Source: Shigella phage Sfk20. From it: DNA of 64,000 nt. Where the stretch lies: sequence record MW341595; one strand, 5' to 3'. Every line of letters starts with the position of its first letter. Within the stretch, counting starts at the first letter, position 1. The position numbers and the translations under genes were made by a program. Positions 1 through 14,261 of the stretch are shown here, piece after piece. The notes under the pieces were generated by a model, which saw only the letters and a program-made list of their open reading frames with translations, was not told where the DNA came from and ran no database searches.

Positions 1-105
1 AATAGTACCATCAGACTTTTCAAAAACTACGTTTGAAATCCCCATGGACAATTTAGTTTTCAAAATTTCACGAATTGCTACTTTTTGTTCAGTCGTTAGT
101 TTCAT
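1..105 (-). CDS. hypothetical protein, N-terminal part only (gene runs off window start)
   Basis: ATG at 103-105 opens minus-strand frame MKLTTEQKVAIREILKTKL... that continues past position 1. Confidence 0.4.
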   Translation of the reverse strand, partial: MKLTTEQKVAIREILKTKLSMGISNVVFEKSDGTI

Positions 106-342
106 TTATTTACCTATCACAGTTTTAATATGAGTTGTTCCACGTTCTTTAAGAGTGGAAAGCAATTTTTGGCATTTTTCTAAATCAGATTTCCAACTAT
201 ACGGCCTATCAATACTAGTCCAATCAGTTTTATAATACTGTTTCCATTTAGAGAAAAAATATTTTTTATACTCTACAGCAAATGAAATGTTCTCGTTAGA
301 ATAAGAACTAATTGCTGTGAGCTGTACCAAACGAAATTTCAT
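106..342 (-). CDS. hypothetical protein (78 aa)
   Basis: ORF track; start ATG overlaps cd stop by 1 nt (TAATG coupling). Confidence 0.55.
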   Translation of the reverse strand: MKFRLVQLTAISSYSNENISFAVEYKKYFFSKWKQYYKTDWTSIDRPYSWKSDLEKCQKLLSTLKERGTTHIKTVIGK

Positions 343-923
343 TATTCACCACAGAATTCGTTGATATTTTCCCAGTTTAACTTATTCAAGTTTTTCTTAG
401 GAACATTAAACACTTCAATACCTGCATTTCGCAGAATATCATCCCAGCCAGGTTTATTTTTATCGTATGTTTCGCAATAAACCAGCTTTTTAATACCAGA
501 TTGAGCTATCGCTTTTGCACAATCTGGGCAAGGAGAAAGTGTTACATACATAGTAGCACCTTCAATTGAAGAACCGTTTCGTGCAGCAAACAAAATCGCA
601 TTTAGTTCAGCATGAATTTCATTTTTAGACGACCATTCAGAGTGAGCGCTACGGTGTTCTTTCGCCAAGACAAAACGATCAGTTGAACCAAACGATACAC
701 ATTCAGGCTTATGACCTTGAATGATAGTATGTTTAGGCTTATTCAGCAACCAACCTTGCTCAGCAGCATAATCACAACAGTTCACACCCCCGGCAGGTGA
801 ACCATTATATCCGGTAGAAATAATACGTCCATTCTTTTCAATTACTGCTCCTACCTTCCAGGAGCAACATTTTGATTCTTGTGATACTAAATATGCAATT
901 TGAAGTACTGTACTCGCTTTCAT
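342..923 (-). CDS. cd: dCMP deaminase
   Basis: 193 aa, zinc-binding HAE...PCPDC deaminase motifs; matches T4 Cd length and sequence. Confidence 0.95.
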   Translation of the reverse strand: MKASTVLQIAYLVSQESKCCSWKVGAVIEKNGRIISTGYNGSPAGGVNCCDYAAEQGWLLNKPKHTIIQGHKPECVSFGSTDRFVLAKEHRSAHSEWSSKNEIHAELNAILFAARNGSSIEGATMYVTLSPCPDCAKAIAQSGIKKLVYCETYDKNKPGWDDILRNAGIEVFNVPKKNLNKLNWENINEFCGE

Positions 924-1258
924 TTCATAATCACCAGATAAGCAGATTTAGCAGTTTCAACACGATAAATTTCGTGACGAAGTTTAGTTATACTTTTAAT
1001 AACAGAACTAATTATATTCTGCCCATCTTTAAAGCGGTTTTTCTTATCAATAAAAATTGCGCCAACCATCTTTTTGTGAAGCTCAACTGGATACTTCGTC
1101 ACAATAATAGCATCATACACAGAAGGATGAATACTATTCACTAGAGTGTCATTCATTAAAGTTATTCTAATAAACTGTGCTGTGTCAGAGTCAAGCGCTC
1201 TATGATCGCCAGTATCATTTTCAAGACAATTATCAATTATATCAGTTAAATTCATCAT
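920..1258 (-). CDS. hypothetical protein (112 aa), cd-pseT accessory cluster
   Basis: ORF track; 4-nt overlap with cd start. Confidence 0.55.
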   Translation of the reverse strand: MMNLTDIIDNCLENDTGDHRALDSDTAQFIRITLMNDTLVNSIHPSVYDAIIVTKYPVELHKKMVGAIFIDKKNRFKDGQNIISSVIKSITKLRHEIYRVETAKSAYLVIMK

Positions 1259-1491
1259 AGTACGCCATACACCCTTTGTGCTTCAACTAATCCATCAAAA
1301 TCCAATTTGAGATGTGTTATTTGGTCACCATCACCTGGATTCACAATTACTAATACTGAACGAGGAGTTTCGGTAATAACGCGAACCGATGTTTCTGGAA
1401 ATCGTTCAGAAACCTTATTTACCAATTCCTGAGCAAATAGTTTAACTTTTTCTTGGAATTCTTTAACAGTAATTGGTTTTTCACTTAGCAT
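1255..1491 (-). CDS. hypothetical protein (78 aa)
   Basis: ORF track; overlapping start/stop with neighbours. Confidence 0.55.
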   Translation of the reverse strand: MLSEKPITVKEFQEKVKLFAQELVNKVSERFPETSVRVITETPRSVLVIVNPGDGDQITHLKLDFDGLVEAQRVYGVL

Positions 1492-2012
1492 GTTGATCCC
1501 AGCTCCTTACTTTCAACGTTTTTAACTAATTTGACAGAAACTAATTCGGCATCTTGGGTAATCATTACCGGGCCTTCTTTATACTCTTCAAGATATTCTA
1601 GAGCTTTCTTTTTAGCTTCTTCCTTCGTATCAGTTTGAGCATAGATATAAAACATGCAACCAGTAATACCTACTACTTTCCACTTAATTTCTTTATCAGT
1701 TTTAATTTCAAATTTACTGACAGAATCATCTTTTTGAACTTCTTCGAAAAAAGAATATTCTAACATATAAGCAATTGAAAATAACGGGCTAACTTTATAG
1801 GATTCGCCCATTACATCAACAGCTTTATACCAGCAGTCATCAATTTCGCGTTTAATGCTAATAACATTTTTCGCAGGATCTATTTTTACTTTAAATGAAT
1901 TTTCCCCAATAAACTGGGCAATTCGTTTATTAGCCCCGCAAGTTTCATTAAAAATATCTTTATATCCAGCTTTAAAGCGATAAACCTTATCTTCTTCAAA
2001 CCATTCGCTCAT
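1485..2012 (-). CDS. hypothetical protein (175 aa)
   Basis: ORF track; early-promoter-like motif immediately upstream at ~2041-2074. Confidence 0.6.
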   Translation of the reverse strand: MSEWFEEDKVYRFKAGYKDIFNETCGANKRIAQFIGENSFKVKIDPAKNVISIKREIDDCWYKAVDVMGESYKVSPLFSIAYMLEYSFFEEVQKDDSVSKFEIKTDKEIKWKVVGITGCMFYIYAQTDTKEEAKKKALEYLEEYKEGPVMITQDAELVSVKLVKNVESKELGSTC

Positions 2013-2040
2013 TTCAATTTCCTCATTTGTTTTGGTAGAG

Positions 2041-2074
2041 CTATAATATCACAACTCTACCGTAAAGTAAACTG
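2041..2074 (-). promoter_or_regulatory. T4-type early promoter (GTTTAC ... TATTAT)
   Basis: minus-sense GTTTAC-18nt-TATTAT upstream of 1485..2012. Confidence 0.5.
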
Positions 2075-2356
2075 TTAAATTGCTTTGAATTCTGATGTCT
2101 GCGATTCAAAACGAATATCGCCTTTGATGACTAGCTCAGCATCAAGACCAAATACGACAATGATATGCGCGGAACCTGGATACAGCGTAATGGCAATAGA
2201 ATCCACCTGGTCTGGAAGCAAAGTGTTCAATACATGAGTCACTTGAGCATGAATTCGAAGCTCGGCTGCGTTATCAAGCTTTTCAAACATATTATTAGCG
2301 ATAATTTGACTAAACACTACTTCTACGATTTTAGAATAAGTCGGAAACATATTCAC
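2075..2356 (-). CDS. hypothetical protein (93 aa)
   Basis: ORF track. Confidence 0.5.
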   Translation of the reverse strand: MNMFPTYSKIVEVVFSQIIANNMFEKLDNAAELRIHAQVTHVLNTLLPDQVDSIAITLYPGSAHIIVVFGLDAELVIKGDIRFESQTSEFKAI

Positions 2357-2553
2357 CCCACATAATTTTCTTCAAGCCAATTAATAACATCCAACGCATT
2401 ATCAAAAGTTGAACCATCTACTATGTCTTCTGTTTCATAATCAAGAATATCTAAGTCTATTCTTCCATCAACAATAGGCCATAAACAAAATAGATATTTC
2501 TTTTCTTTTTCAATTTTATCGCAAAGTTGATAAATCTTTTCTATGTTATTCAT
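2353..2553 (-). CDS. hypothetical protein (66 aa)
   Basis: ORF track; 4-nt overlap with downstream ORF. Confidence 0.5.
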   Translation of the reverse strand: MNNIEKIYQLCDKIEKEKKYLFCLWPIVDGRIDLDILDYETEDIVDGSTFDNALDVINWLEENYVG

Positions 2554-2742
2554 AAGTTTTCCATGGTAAAGGCAGTTTAGTTTTCTTTACTGTTAGTTCA
2601 ACATCAGGATTCTTTTCTCTTAATTTAAGGCATTCCTCCCAAGCTCTGATTTCACTAGTGAATACACAAAATTGCCCATTATTAGTACCAACTAAACCAC
2701 TATTTACAATAACAATAGACCAAGTTTCATGATGCCACGCCA

Positions 2743-2743
<1 letters not shown>
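2546..2743 (-). CDS. hypothetical protein (about 65 aa from internal ATG)
   Basis: ORF track 2546..2773; internal ATG at 2741-2743 overlaps pseT stop (TAATG), preferred start. Confidence 0.45.
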
Positions 2744-3968
<1,225 letters not shown>

Positions 3969-3971
3969 TTA

Positions 3972-4196
3972 TTATTTCTCAACCAACGATTGAATATAAT
4001 CATGTAGGTCTTTAGATGCTTTACCCCACTTATTTTGGTATTCATTTTTAAGATTAGCACGTGATTGAGCTAATAAAACATCATTAGTTGGAGGTAAAGA
4101 TTCTAACCGCTGAATCTGGCGTCCGTAAATCATTGCAGCCATCTCGGATTCATAAATCAATCCTTTGAGATGTTCAAATTGATGCCATGAAATCAT
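3972..4196 (-). CDS. hypothetical protein (74 aa)
   Basis: ORF track. Confidence 0.5.
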   Translation of the reverse strand: MISWHQFEHLKGLIYESEMAAMIYGRQIQRLESLPPTNDVLLAQSRANLKNEYQNKWGKASKDLHDYIQSLVEK

Positions 4197-4492
4197 TTAC
4201 ATTTATCCTCTTTTAACTCTTGGCGATAATAACATATCATAGTTTTCTGATCATGTACATATCGTTTTACATCATTAAGCCAAATACGAAATTCCTGGGA
4301 ATCTTCAAATGGCATACCGACCCAAGCTTTACCATCAATAACTTTAACTTGCCAGGATAGTTTAGCTTCATCATATGACTTTATTTGTACTGGCCAATTA
4401 GGATGAACTGTTTCTTTCTTTACTTCTAGAGGCTTTGTCGAACAACCAACTAGAAGACCAATAGATAATATTACTGCTGATAGTTTAATCAT
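4193..4492 (-). CDS. outer-membrane spanin lipoprotein (Rz1-like, separate architecture)
   Basis: 99 aa; signal peptide with lipobox LLVGC; adjacent to i-spanin-like ORF; position next to pseT as for T4 spanins. Confidence 0.6.
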   Translation of the reverse strand: MIKLSAVILSIGLLVGCSTKPLEVKKETVHPNWPVQIKSYDEAKLSWQVKVIDGKAWVGMPFEDSQEFRIWLNDVKRYVHDQKTMICYYRQELKEDKCK

Positions 4493-4842
4493 TTAGAAAG
4501 GTCCTGGATGTCTTCTGCGAACTTGTTGAAGGAGTTGTTGATTTGTTTTTCAACCAATCCTGGCTTATGAGCCACCACATCCGCCTTCTTTGCGTCTTTG
4601 CGCAGTTTTTCATTTTCACGCTCAATAGCAGCAATTGCCTCACGATTTTTATTATTCATCGCATCAATATAATTATACTGAATTCGCAAATTATTTAATG
4701 CTAAAGCGTTTTCATTGGCCGTTTTTGTAATTTCTACAACAGACGTTTCTAATCTTTCAATTTTATTTTTTAAAATTAAAGAAGTTCCGCCCAATGCAAT
4801 TACAATTAATAGCAAGCCTGCTGTCGTATTACTTAATTGCAT
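4489..4842 (-). CDS. inner-membrane spanin (Rz-like)
   Basis: 117 aa; N-terminal TM helix (GLLLIVIALGG) followed by charged coiled-coil region. Confidence 0.6.
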   Translation of the reverse strand: MQLSNTTAGLLLIVIALGGTSLILKNKIERLETSVVEITKTANENALALNNLRIQYNYIDAMNNKNREAIAAIERENEKLRKDAKKADVVAHKPGLVEKQINNSFNKFAEDIQDLSK

Positions 4843-5336
4843 AAAGTTTTAATAACCTCTATAATATCGTCTTGAGAAAGACCGTTAATTAAAATATGAT
4901 GTTCAGCCGGAGATTTAGAAATTTTAAAGCATGCCTCAACATCTTCTGCCATATCCGATGCGCTACGATTTGGATTACTAATTCCAAGACGATGTTTTCC
5001 CGTTAAAGGATTAACGATGATATAGCATTTACAGTTGTTAATATGAACATTAGGTTGAGTCTGATTAATGAACACATCACAATCATATTTCGCAAGCTGA
5101 TTTTCTAAAAAGACTTTCATCTCCTCAACCGCATCAGGAAGCATATCACGGGCTTGCTCAAGACGACGATTTCGATATTCTTTAATGGTCGTTTTCCGCT
5201 TGACTTGTTTAGCTAAATCTTTCTTAAGATCGGTGATATATCCAACTCGACGATTTCCTTTAAATACAGAAATCCCATCTGTAGTATCACCGTATGCTTC
5301 AACGACCATCTCAGTAGTAATAAGCTGTAAATCCAT
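4833..5336 (-). CDS. alc: Alc, unmodified-cytosine-DNA transcription terminator
   Basis: 167 aa from second ATG (MDLQLITTEMVVEAYGD...); matches T4 Alc. Confidence 0.8.
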   Translation of the reverse strand: MDLQLITTEMVVEAYGDTTDGISVFKGNRRVGYITDLKKDLAKQVKRKTTIKEYRNRRLEQARDMLPDAVEEMKVFLENQLAKYDCDVFINQTQPNVHINNCKCYIIVNPLTGKHRLGISNPNRSASDMAEDVEACFKISKSPAEHHILINGLSQDDIIEVIKTLCN

Positions 5337-5400
5337 CATAAAGTCCTCATGTTATGTCAGTAAGACTACTGTAACACAACACGAGGGACTTGTAAACAGC

Positions 5401-6988
<1,588 letters not shown>

Positions 6989-7015
6989 AATAAAATGGGC
7001 CTTGCGGCCCACTCC

Positions 7016-8194
7016 TTAAAAATATTTTTTAAAACTCATCATAACTTTATCATCAACATCATTATCAATCTGTGCAACAAGGTAAGATGACAGTTCTACT
7101 TCTTGCGGCGCGGATTGAACATTATCAGAATTAAGATATTCACGAATCCAAGGATACGGATGTTTAACCGGAGCATCAGTAATTGGGCATGGAAGACCGC
7201 ACTGTTTCATACGAGATACAGTTAAGTAATCAATAAAGCTCCACATGCTATTTGTATTTAATCCAGGAACATCGCCATCTTTAAATAAATGAACTGCCCA
7301 ATCTTTTTCTTGACGGTTAACTTCCATGAAAATATCAACTGCTTCTTGTTCACACTCTTGGGCGATTTTAACCCATTCATCACCATCAGTGCCAAGTTGA
7401 AGTTGACGAATAATATATTGGGTACCTTTAAGGTGAAGCTGTTCATCACGAGCAATGAACTTCATAATCTTGGCATTACCTTCCATGATTTCCATGTTCT
7501 TATGGAAGTTAAAGGTACATGCAAAAGATACATAAAAACGAATAGCTTCCAATGCGTTGATTACATGAAGGCAAAGATAAAGAGATTTCATTAGTGCTCG
7601 TTTAGCTTCGGCTTCTTGTTTAATAGCTCGATTTAAACGAAAATCAGCATCAGGAGATTCTTTAGCTAGTTCTACGAATTCTTTAGCATTTTCCCATTCA
7701 CGGGTCTTCTTAAGAACATCATCGTAATAGCGACCAATGGACTCGGCACGTTTCATAATATCTTCATCTAATACAATCTCATCAAATACCTTTGACGGAT
7801 CAGTATAAAGATTTCGCATAATATGAGTATATGAACGACTGTGAATAGTTTCACTAAAAGTCCATGTAGCAACCCATGTATCAAGACTTGGATCTGAAAT
7901 TAATGACATAAGTACAGCAGACGGTGCACGACCCTGAATGCTATCCAAAAGTGATTGATACTTCAGGTTATTAGTAAAAATATCTTGCTGATACTGAGGA
8001 AGCTTGTTAAATTGTGCAGCATCCATCATCAAGTTTACTTCTTCAGGACGCCAGAAAAATGACAATTGCTTTTCGGTTAAATCTTCAAAAACTTTATGGC
8101 GTTGAATATCATAACGCGCAATACCAAGACCTGAACCGAAGAACATGGGTTCTTTTAAAACATCAACTGGATTTGTATTAAAAACTGTGCTCAT
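7016..8194 (-). CDS. nrdB: ribonucleotide reductase small subunit, uninterrupted (no intron)
   Basis: 392 aa continuous ORF with diiron-tyrosyl radical R2 fold. Confidence 0.95.
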   Translation of the reverse strand: MSTVFNTNPVDVLKEPMFFGSGLGIARYDIQRHKVFEDLTEKQLSFFWRPEEVNLMMDAAQFNKLPQYQQDIFTNNLKYQSLLDSIQGRAPSAVLMSLISDPSLDTWVATWTFSETIHSRSYTHIMRNLYTDPSKVFDEIVLDEDIMKRAESIGRYYDDVLKKTREWENAKEFVELAKESPDADFRLNRAIKQEAEAKRALMKSLYLCLHVINALEAIRFYVSFACTFNFHKNMEIMEGNAKIMKFIARDEQLHLKGTQYIIRQLQLGTDGDEWVKIAQECEQEAVDIFMEVNRQEKDWAVHLFKDGDVPGLNTNSMWSFIDYLTVSRMKQCGLPCPITDAPVKHPYPWIREYLNSDNVQSAPQEVELSSYLVAQIDNDVDDKVMMSFKKYF

Positions 8195-8208
8195 AAATTT
8201 TCCGCTTA

Positions 8209-8226
8209 GTTAATAGATAGTGACTC
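8209..8226 (-). promoter_or_regulatory. intercistronic hairpin between nrdA and nrdB
   Basis: TGACTC-GTCCGT-GAGTCA inverted repeat in the ~50-nt nrdA-nrdB spacer. Confidence 0.4.
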
Positions 8227-8245
8227 GTCCGTGAGTCAAATTATA

Positions 8246-10510
8246 TCATAATTTACAGGATGAACAATCTTCAGCTTTTGGAGTTTCTATTTCATAATCA
8301 TCAGTACCAGAACCGTCACGGGTATTATGATAATAGAAATTTTTTCCGCCAAAATACCAAAAATATAAAAGGTCATCAATCATTATTGACATTGGAACCT
8401 TTCCTTTTGGAAAAATCTGCGGGTCATAATATGTATTCGCTGAAGCTGATTGACACACCCATTTAAGCATAATAGCTACCTGCGTAAGATAAGGTTTATT
8501 ACCTTTCTTAGCTAATTTCCACGTATAATCATATAGGTCTATGTTATGCTCAATATTGGGCACGACTTGATTAAAGGAACCCTCTTTTGATTCTTTAACA
8601 GAGACTGGTCCACGTGGAGGCTCGATACCGTTTGTACTGTTAGAAACTTGGGAAGATGACTCACATGGCATAAGTGCTGATAATGTGCTATTACGGATGC
8701 CAAAGAGCTTAAGGTCTTCCCGCAGCGACGACCAGTCACAAACGTATTTTGGAGCTGCGATTTGGTCAATCTTTTTATTGTACCAGTCAATAGGTAATTC
8801 GCCTCGAGACCAACGAGTGTCTGAATAATATTCGCAAGGTCCTTTTTCTTTGGCGAGCTTAATGGATGCTTTAATGAGTCCATACTGTAATCTCTCAAAT
8901 AGTTCATGTGTTAAATCGTTAGCATCTTCATAAGAAGCAAAATTACTTGCCAGCCAAGCTGCATAGTTAGTAACACCTACGCCAAGGTTTCGACGTTTTT
9001 TAGCTTTTTCTGCTTCAGGAACTGGATATCCTTGGTAGTCCAAAAGATTATCAAGAGCACGAACTTGGACTTCTGCCAATTCATTAATTTTATCTTGGTC
9101 TTGCCAATCGAAGTTATCTAACACAAATGCAGATAACGTACACAATCCAATTTCAGCATCAGGACTATTCACATCATTTGTTGGAATAGCAATTTCACAA
9201 CACAAGTTACTCTGGCGAATAGGTGCCTTTTCGCGAATAAACGGAGTATAGTTATTCGTATTATCAATGAACTGCACATAAATCCTTGCTGTTCCTGAGC
9301 GTTCAGTCATGAGCAATTCAAACAGTTCACGGGCTTTAATACGCTTTTTACGAATATTAGGGTCTTTTTCTGCGGCTTCGTATAATTCACGGAAACGGTC
9401 TTGGTCTTTAAAATAAGAATAATAAAGTTCGCCACCCATTTCATGCGGACTGAACAAAGTAATGTAATCATTCTTTCCGAATCGTTCCATCATTAGGTCA
9501 TTCAGTTGAACGCCATAATCCATATGACGGATACGGTTTTCTTCTACACCTTTGTTATTTTTCAAAACGAGAAGATTTTCAACTTCCAAATGCCAAATAG
9601 GATAATAAGCAGTAGCAGCGCCGCCACGAATTCCACCCTGTGAACATGATTTAACTGCAGTCTGAAAATGTTTCCAAAAAGGAATAACACCAGTATGACG
9701 CACTTCACCCATTCCAATCTTAGAACCTTCGGCACGAATCATACCAACGTTAATACCAATTCCAGCGCGTTTGGAGATATATTCAACAATTGAAGCAGAA
9801 GCCTTATTGATAGACTTTAATGAATCACCTGCCTCAATAACAACGCATGAACTAAACTGCCGAGTTGGAGTACGGCAACCAGCCATAATAGGGGTTGGCA
9901 GTGAAATCTGTCGAGTAGATACTGCTTCATAAAAACGAATAACATGTTTTAATCTATCAACAGGTTCATCTTGATGCAATGCCATTCCAATAGTCATAAA
10001 TGCAAACTGTGGAGTTTCATAAATTTGACCAGTGGTTTTATCTTTAACTAGATATTTTTCTTTTAATTGCATCGCCCCGGAATAAGTAAATTCCATATCC
10101 CGTTCGTGCTTAATTTTTGATTCTAAAAATGTAATTTCTTCTGCTGAATATTTTGACAATAATTCAGGGTCGTATTTACCTTCATTTACACAATAAGAAA
10201 TATGATCAATAAATGAACGTGGTTCATACTGTCCATAAACATGCTTACGAAGAGCGAACATTAAACAGCGTGCAGCTACATATTGGTAATCAGGCTCTTC
10301 AACTGAAATAGAATTCGCAGCAGCCTTAATTACAATGGTTTGAATGTCATCAGTTGTCATTCCATCACGGAGATATGATTTAATATTTTCATATAATTCA
10401 TAAGGATCTACAGATGTTCCTTCAGCTGCCCAAGATAAAACTTTAATAATTTTTTGCGGGTCAAAGCTCTGAGAAACACCACTACTTTTGATAACATTAA
10501 TTAATTGCAT
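8246..10510 (-). CDS. nrdA: ribonucleotide reductase large subunit
   Basis: 754 aa; class Ia NrdA (ATP-cone, catalytic Cys motifs); matches T4 NrdA. Confidence 0.95.
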   Translation of the reverse strand: MQLINVIKSSGVSQSFDPQKIIKVLSWAAEGTSVDPYELYENIKSYLRDGMTTDDIQTIVIKAAANSISVEEPDYQYVAARCLMFALRKHVYGQYEPRSFIDHISYCVNEGKYDPELLSKYSAEEITFLESKIKHERDMEFTYSGAMQLKEKYLVKDKTTGQIYETPQFAFMTIGMALHQDEPVDRLKHVIRFYEAVSTRQISLPTPIMAGCRTPTRQFSSCVVIEAGDSLKSINKASASIVEYISKRAGIGINVGMIRAEGSKIGMGEVRHTGVIPFWKHFQTAVKSCSQGGIRGGAATAYYPIWHLEVENLLVLKNNKGVEENRIRHMDYGVQLNDLMMERFGKNDYITLFSPHEMGGELYYSYFKDQDRFRELYEAAEKDPNIRKKRIKARELFELLMTERSGTARIYVQFIDNTNNYTPFIREKAPIRQSNLCCEIAIPTNDVNSPDAEIGLCTLSAFVLDNFDWQDQDKINELAEVQVRALDNLLDYQGYPVPEAEKAKKRRNLGVGVTNYAAWLASNFASYEDANDLTHELFERLQYGLIKASIKLAKEKGPCEYYSDTRWSRGELPIDWYNKKIDQIAAPKYVCDWSSLREDLKLFGIRNSTLSALMPCESSSQVSNSTNGIEPPRGPVSVKESKEGSFNQVVPNIEHNIDLYDYTWKLAKKGNKPYLTQVAIMLKWVCQSASANTYYDPQIFPKGKVPMSIMIDDLLYFWYFGGKNFYYHNTRDGSGTDDYEIETPKAEDCSSCKL

Positions 10511-10827
10511 AAGTCCTCAACTTGAAAATCGTCTTTAAACAATCGGTTAACTATATGAGCTATTATATCACCATGACACGGCTTCGGTTTACATGTGCAT
10601 CCTAGCCTCATTCCACGTAAAGGCTCTAAATGTGCTTTAGTTATTTCTCCGGATTTAATTCGACGTATAAAATCTTTTTTGAATAATTCAATGGCAGCCT
10701 CCCGGCTGCCAGCATCTTTACCGACGTAATTTCCCCAAAATGTACCACGGTGAATATTAACATCAAAGTCGGATTTATATTTATTCACTACCTGGCATAG
10801 ACGGCCCGCGCGGTGATAATTCGTCAT
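10501..10827 (-). CDS. hypothetical Cys/His-containing protein (108 aa), nrdA-td interval
   Basis: ORF track; [11 protein letters not shown] motif. Confidence 0.6.
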   Translation of the reverse strand: MTNYHRAGRLCQVVNKYKSDFDVNIHRGTFWGNYVGKDAGSREAAIELFKKDFIRRIKSGEITKAHLEPLRGMRLGCTCKPKPCHGDIIAHIVNRLFKDDFQVEDLCN

Positions 10828-11056
10828 ATTGTTTTTCCGTTAAAACAGTAATATCATAATAACAGTCAGAAGAAGTTTTAACTGTGGAAATTTTATTATC
10901 AAAATACTCACGAGTCATTTTATGAGTATAATATTTTTTGCCATAAATGATAATAGGCTGATTTGGTCCTGGAACTTCTAACTCGCTTGGATTAGGAAGT
11001 GTAAAAAGAACGACACCAGAAGTATCTTTAAATCGTAAAATCATATATCCTCGCAA
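10781..11056 (-). CDS. hypothetical protein (91 aa), nrdA-td interval
   Basis: ORF track. Confidence 0.5.
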   Translation of the reverse strand: MRGYMILRFKDTSGVVLFTLPNPSELEVPGPNQPIIIYGKKYYTHKMTREYFDNKISTVKTSSDCYYDITVLTEKQYDELSPRGPSMPGSE

Positions 11057-11067
11057 TTAAATTAAAA

Positions 11068-11927
11068 TTATACCGCCATCTTTCCTTTAATTGGCGGGTG
11101 AGATACATAGTTGTTAAGAACAAAATCATGCGGCTTTGCGAATTGACTCAACCAAAATACCTGTGATTCTGTGTTCCATTCATCAAATTCATCTGGAAAT
11201 TTTAATTGTAATTCGCATAAATCCATAGGTTCACGACGCAAAATTTCTTTACATTGTTCTACGTGATTCATATAGATATGAGTATTACCACCAGAAAATA
11301 TCAAATCTCCAGGAATAAGATTACACATCTTAGCTACAATATGAACTAACGTAGCATATGATGCAATATTAAATGGAAGACCGAGGAAAACATCTACCGA
11401 ACGTTGATACCACTGCAAATCCAAATAGCCATTACGCACATTAAATTGATAGAACATATGACAAGGTGGTAATGCCATTTGCTTGAGTTCAGCTGGATTC
11501 CATGCTGAAACAATTTGACGTCTATCATTTGGCAGTTTTTTAATACGATCAACAACTTCTATAATTTGGTCTACACCACCAAAATCACGCCACTGTTTTC
11601 CATAAATTGGACCAAGTTCACCACTATGGTATCCTAAATCTTTTGCTTGATTTTCGTAATTTTCATCCCAGACTGTTTTGCCTTGAATTAATGAATCATG
11701 TTGAATTAATCGCAAATCATTGACATTTGTGCTTCCCGATAAAAACCATATTAGCTCAGCAATGCAAGCTTTCCAGGCAAGCTTCTTAGTCGTTACTGCA
11801 GGAAAACCTTTAGTTAAATCCCAGCGTAATTTAGTACCGAACAAAGCAATTGTTCCTGTGCCTGTTCGGTCATCGGTTTCATAACCGTTTTCCAGGATAT
11901 CTTTAATTAAAAATTGGTATTGTTTCA

Positions 11928-11928
<1 letters not shown>
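11068..11928 (-). CDS. td: thymidylate synthase, uninterrupted (no group I intron)
   Basis: 286 aa from ATG at 11926-11928 (MKQYQFLIKDILENGYETDDRTGTGT...); ThyA catalytic LPPCH motif; continuous ORF. Confidence 0.95.
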
Positions 11929-12957
<1,029 letters not shown>

Positions 12958-12965
12958 TTTATCTC

Positions 12966-13301
12966 CTAATATAAAGGATCGGGAACATATCCACTAGCTT
13001 TAATCATTTTAATTAATGTTAACATTCCTTTATTAACTGCTAGTGAAATTTCATCAAAAACTTCATCACTAAAAAGTTCTAACACGCCCTTCTGAACTTT
13101 TAGTTTACAGCCAACAATTTCGTCATCGCCTATAGTAAATTCGTTTCCGCCAATTCCACCGAAAAACTTAATTACGCCAGTTAACTGTCTTCCACGAGAA
13201 TATGGGTCGTGCGATAAAGTAATATGAGTCACCCCAGGTACAGTTTTAAATTGGCAGCGGATGTTTACTTGAGCAATTCCAGTTACATGAATGTCAGACA
13301 T
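12966..13301 (-). CDS. hypothetical protein (111 aa), frd-32 interval
   Basis: ORF track. Confidence 0.55.
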   Translation of the reverse strand: MSDIHVTGIAQVNIRCQFKTVPGVTHITLSHDPYSRGRQLTGVIKFFGGIGGNEFTIGDDEIVGCKLKVQKGVLELFSDEVFDEISLAVNKGMLTLIKMIKASGYVPDPLY

Positions 13302-13311
13302 AATATTTTCC

Positions 13312-13554
13312 TCAAACAGTCTTTTTCACAATTTTCCAATCAGCTTTAAACTGTTCAACATCAGAATGGTAAATCCAGAATCCTGCGCTTTCTCCATCCT
13401 CATAAAGAGGGCATCCATCACATTCATCTTCCCATCCCATATCACGCAAAAGATGTTCAGCTTTTTCAACAAGTTCAGAATCTTTACCGATGATATTAAA
13501 ATACCATTTACCTCTAACTTCTGAATCTTTAATGCTCTGACGTTGTAATCTCAT
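13312..13554 (-). CDS. hypothetical protein (80 aa), frd-32 interval
   Basis: ORF track; promoter/stem-loop element immediately upstream. Confidence 0.55.
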   Translation of the reverse strand: MRLQRQSIKDSEVRGKWYFNIIGKDSELVEKAEHLLRDMGWEDECDGCPLYEDGESAGFWIYHSDVEQFKADWKIVKKTV

Positions 13555-13573
13555 TTTATTCTCCTTAGTTGAT

Positions 13574-13609
13574 AGGGTAATAGTATCACACTACTACCCT
13601 ACTGTAAAC
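13574..13609 (-). promoter_or_regulatory. early promoter with embedded stem-loop (PeSL-like)
   Basis: minus-sense GTTTAC ... AGGGTA-loop-TACCCT containing TACTAT. Confidence 0.5.
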
Positions 13610-13974
13610 TACTTTTTGAAAGTTTTTCGCAAAAGTTCAATGATTTCGTCGACGTTATTTTCGTCTACAATGCAGTGAATTTTTGTTACGCCAGAAACCT
13701 TGTCTTCGATTTCATCTTCTTCAGAAGTCGGTTCTTTATATTCACGGAAACAATGAAATTCATCTTCGCAAACGTTAAAGTAAAAATGCTTTCCATTTGC
13801 GCATTCAATGTGTTTTATTACTCTAAATCCATCGGCAAAGAAAGCTTCTTTAACTTCAAACCATCCGCCATTTTCTTGAATAATTTTAACTATTGATGAA
13901 TTAGAACGTGGGCGATAATTAATAAATGTATTAATAAGTCTTGGAACAAGCTCATACTTTTTGCCGATATACAT
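13609..13974 (-). CDS. hypothetical Cys-containing protein (121 aa)
   Basis: ORF track. Confidence 0.55.
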   Translation of the reverse strand: MYIGKKYELVPRLINTFINYRPRSNSSIVKIIQENGGWFEVKEAFFADGFRVIKHIECANGKHFYFNVCEDEFHCFREYKEPTSEEDEIEDKVSGVTKIHCIVDENNVDEIIELLRKTFKK

Positions 13975-14017
13975 TGTGTTTCCTCATTTTAATAGGGGCT
14001 TTATAGCCCCTTGATAA

Positions 14018-14248
14018 TTATTGTTCAATTAATCCCATGTAAAATTCTGTGTCTTCAGAATCCATACCATCACAATATTCATTAGCCATAAAGCGGGTGA
14101 GGTCTTCAAGAGGACCTTCAATGACAATAGAAAAATTGCAATAATTGGGATCATCGTGAATACTTGTGATACTAAGCTCAGGATAACGATTACGAATAAT
14201 TTCTTCAATATATTCAAAATCAACGATGTCAATATCAACTTTAGCCAT
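14018..14248 (-). CDS. hypothetical acidic protein (about 76 aa from internal ATG)
   Basis: track ORF 14018..14332 overlaps gene 32; internal ATG (MAKVDIDIV...) preceded by AGAGGA RBS just after gene 32 stop. Confidence 0.5.
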   Translation of the reverse strand: MAKVDIDIVDFEYIEEIIRNRYPELSITSIHDDPNYCNFSIVIEGPLEDLTRFMANEYCDGMDSEDTEFYMGLIEQ

Positions 14249-14261
14249 ATTATTTTCCTCT

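Noticed and set aside
3972-4492. Apparent 1-nt discrepancies between my manual reading and the ORF-track frames near 4140 and 4260
   Set aside because: The ORF track is internally consistent and the discrepancies fall at line breaks, so I attribute them to my reading; not reported as frameshifts.
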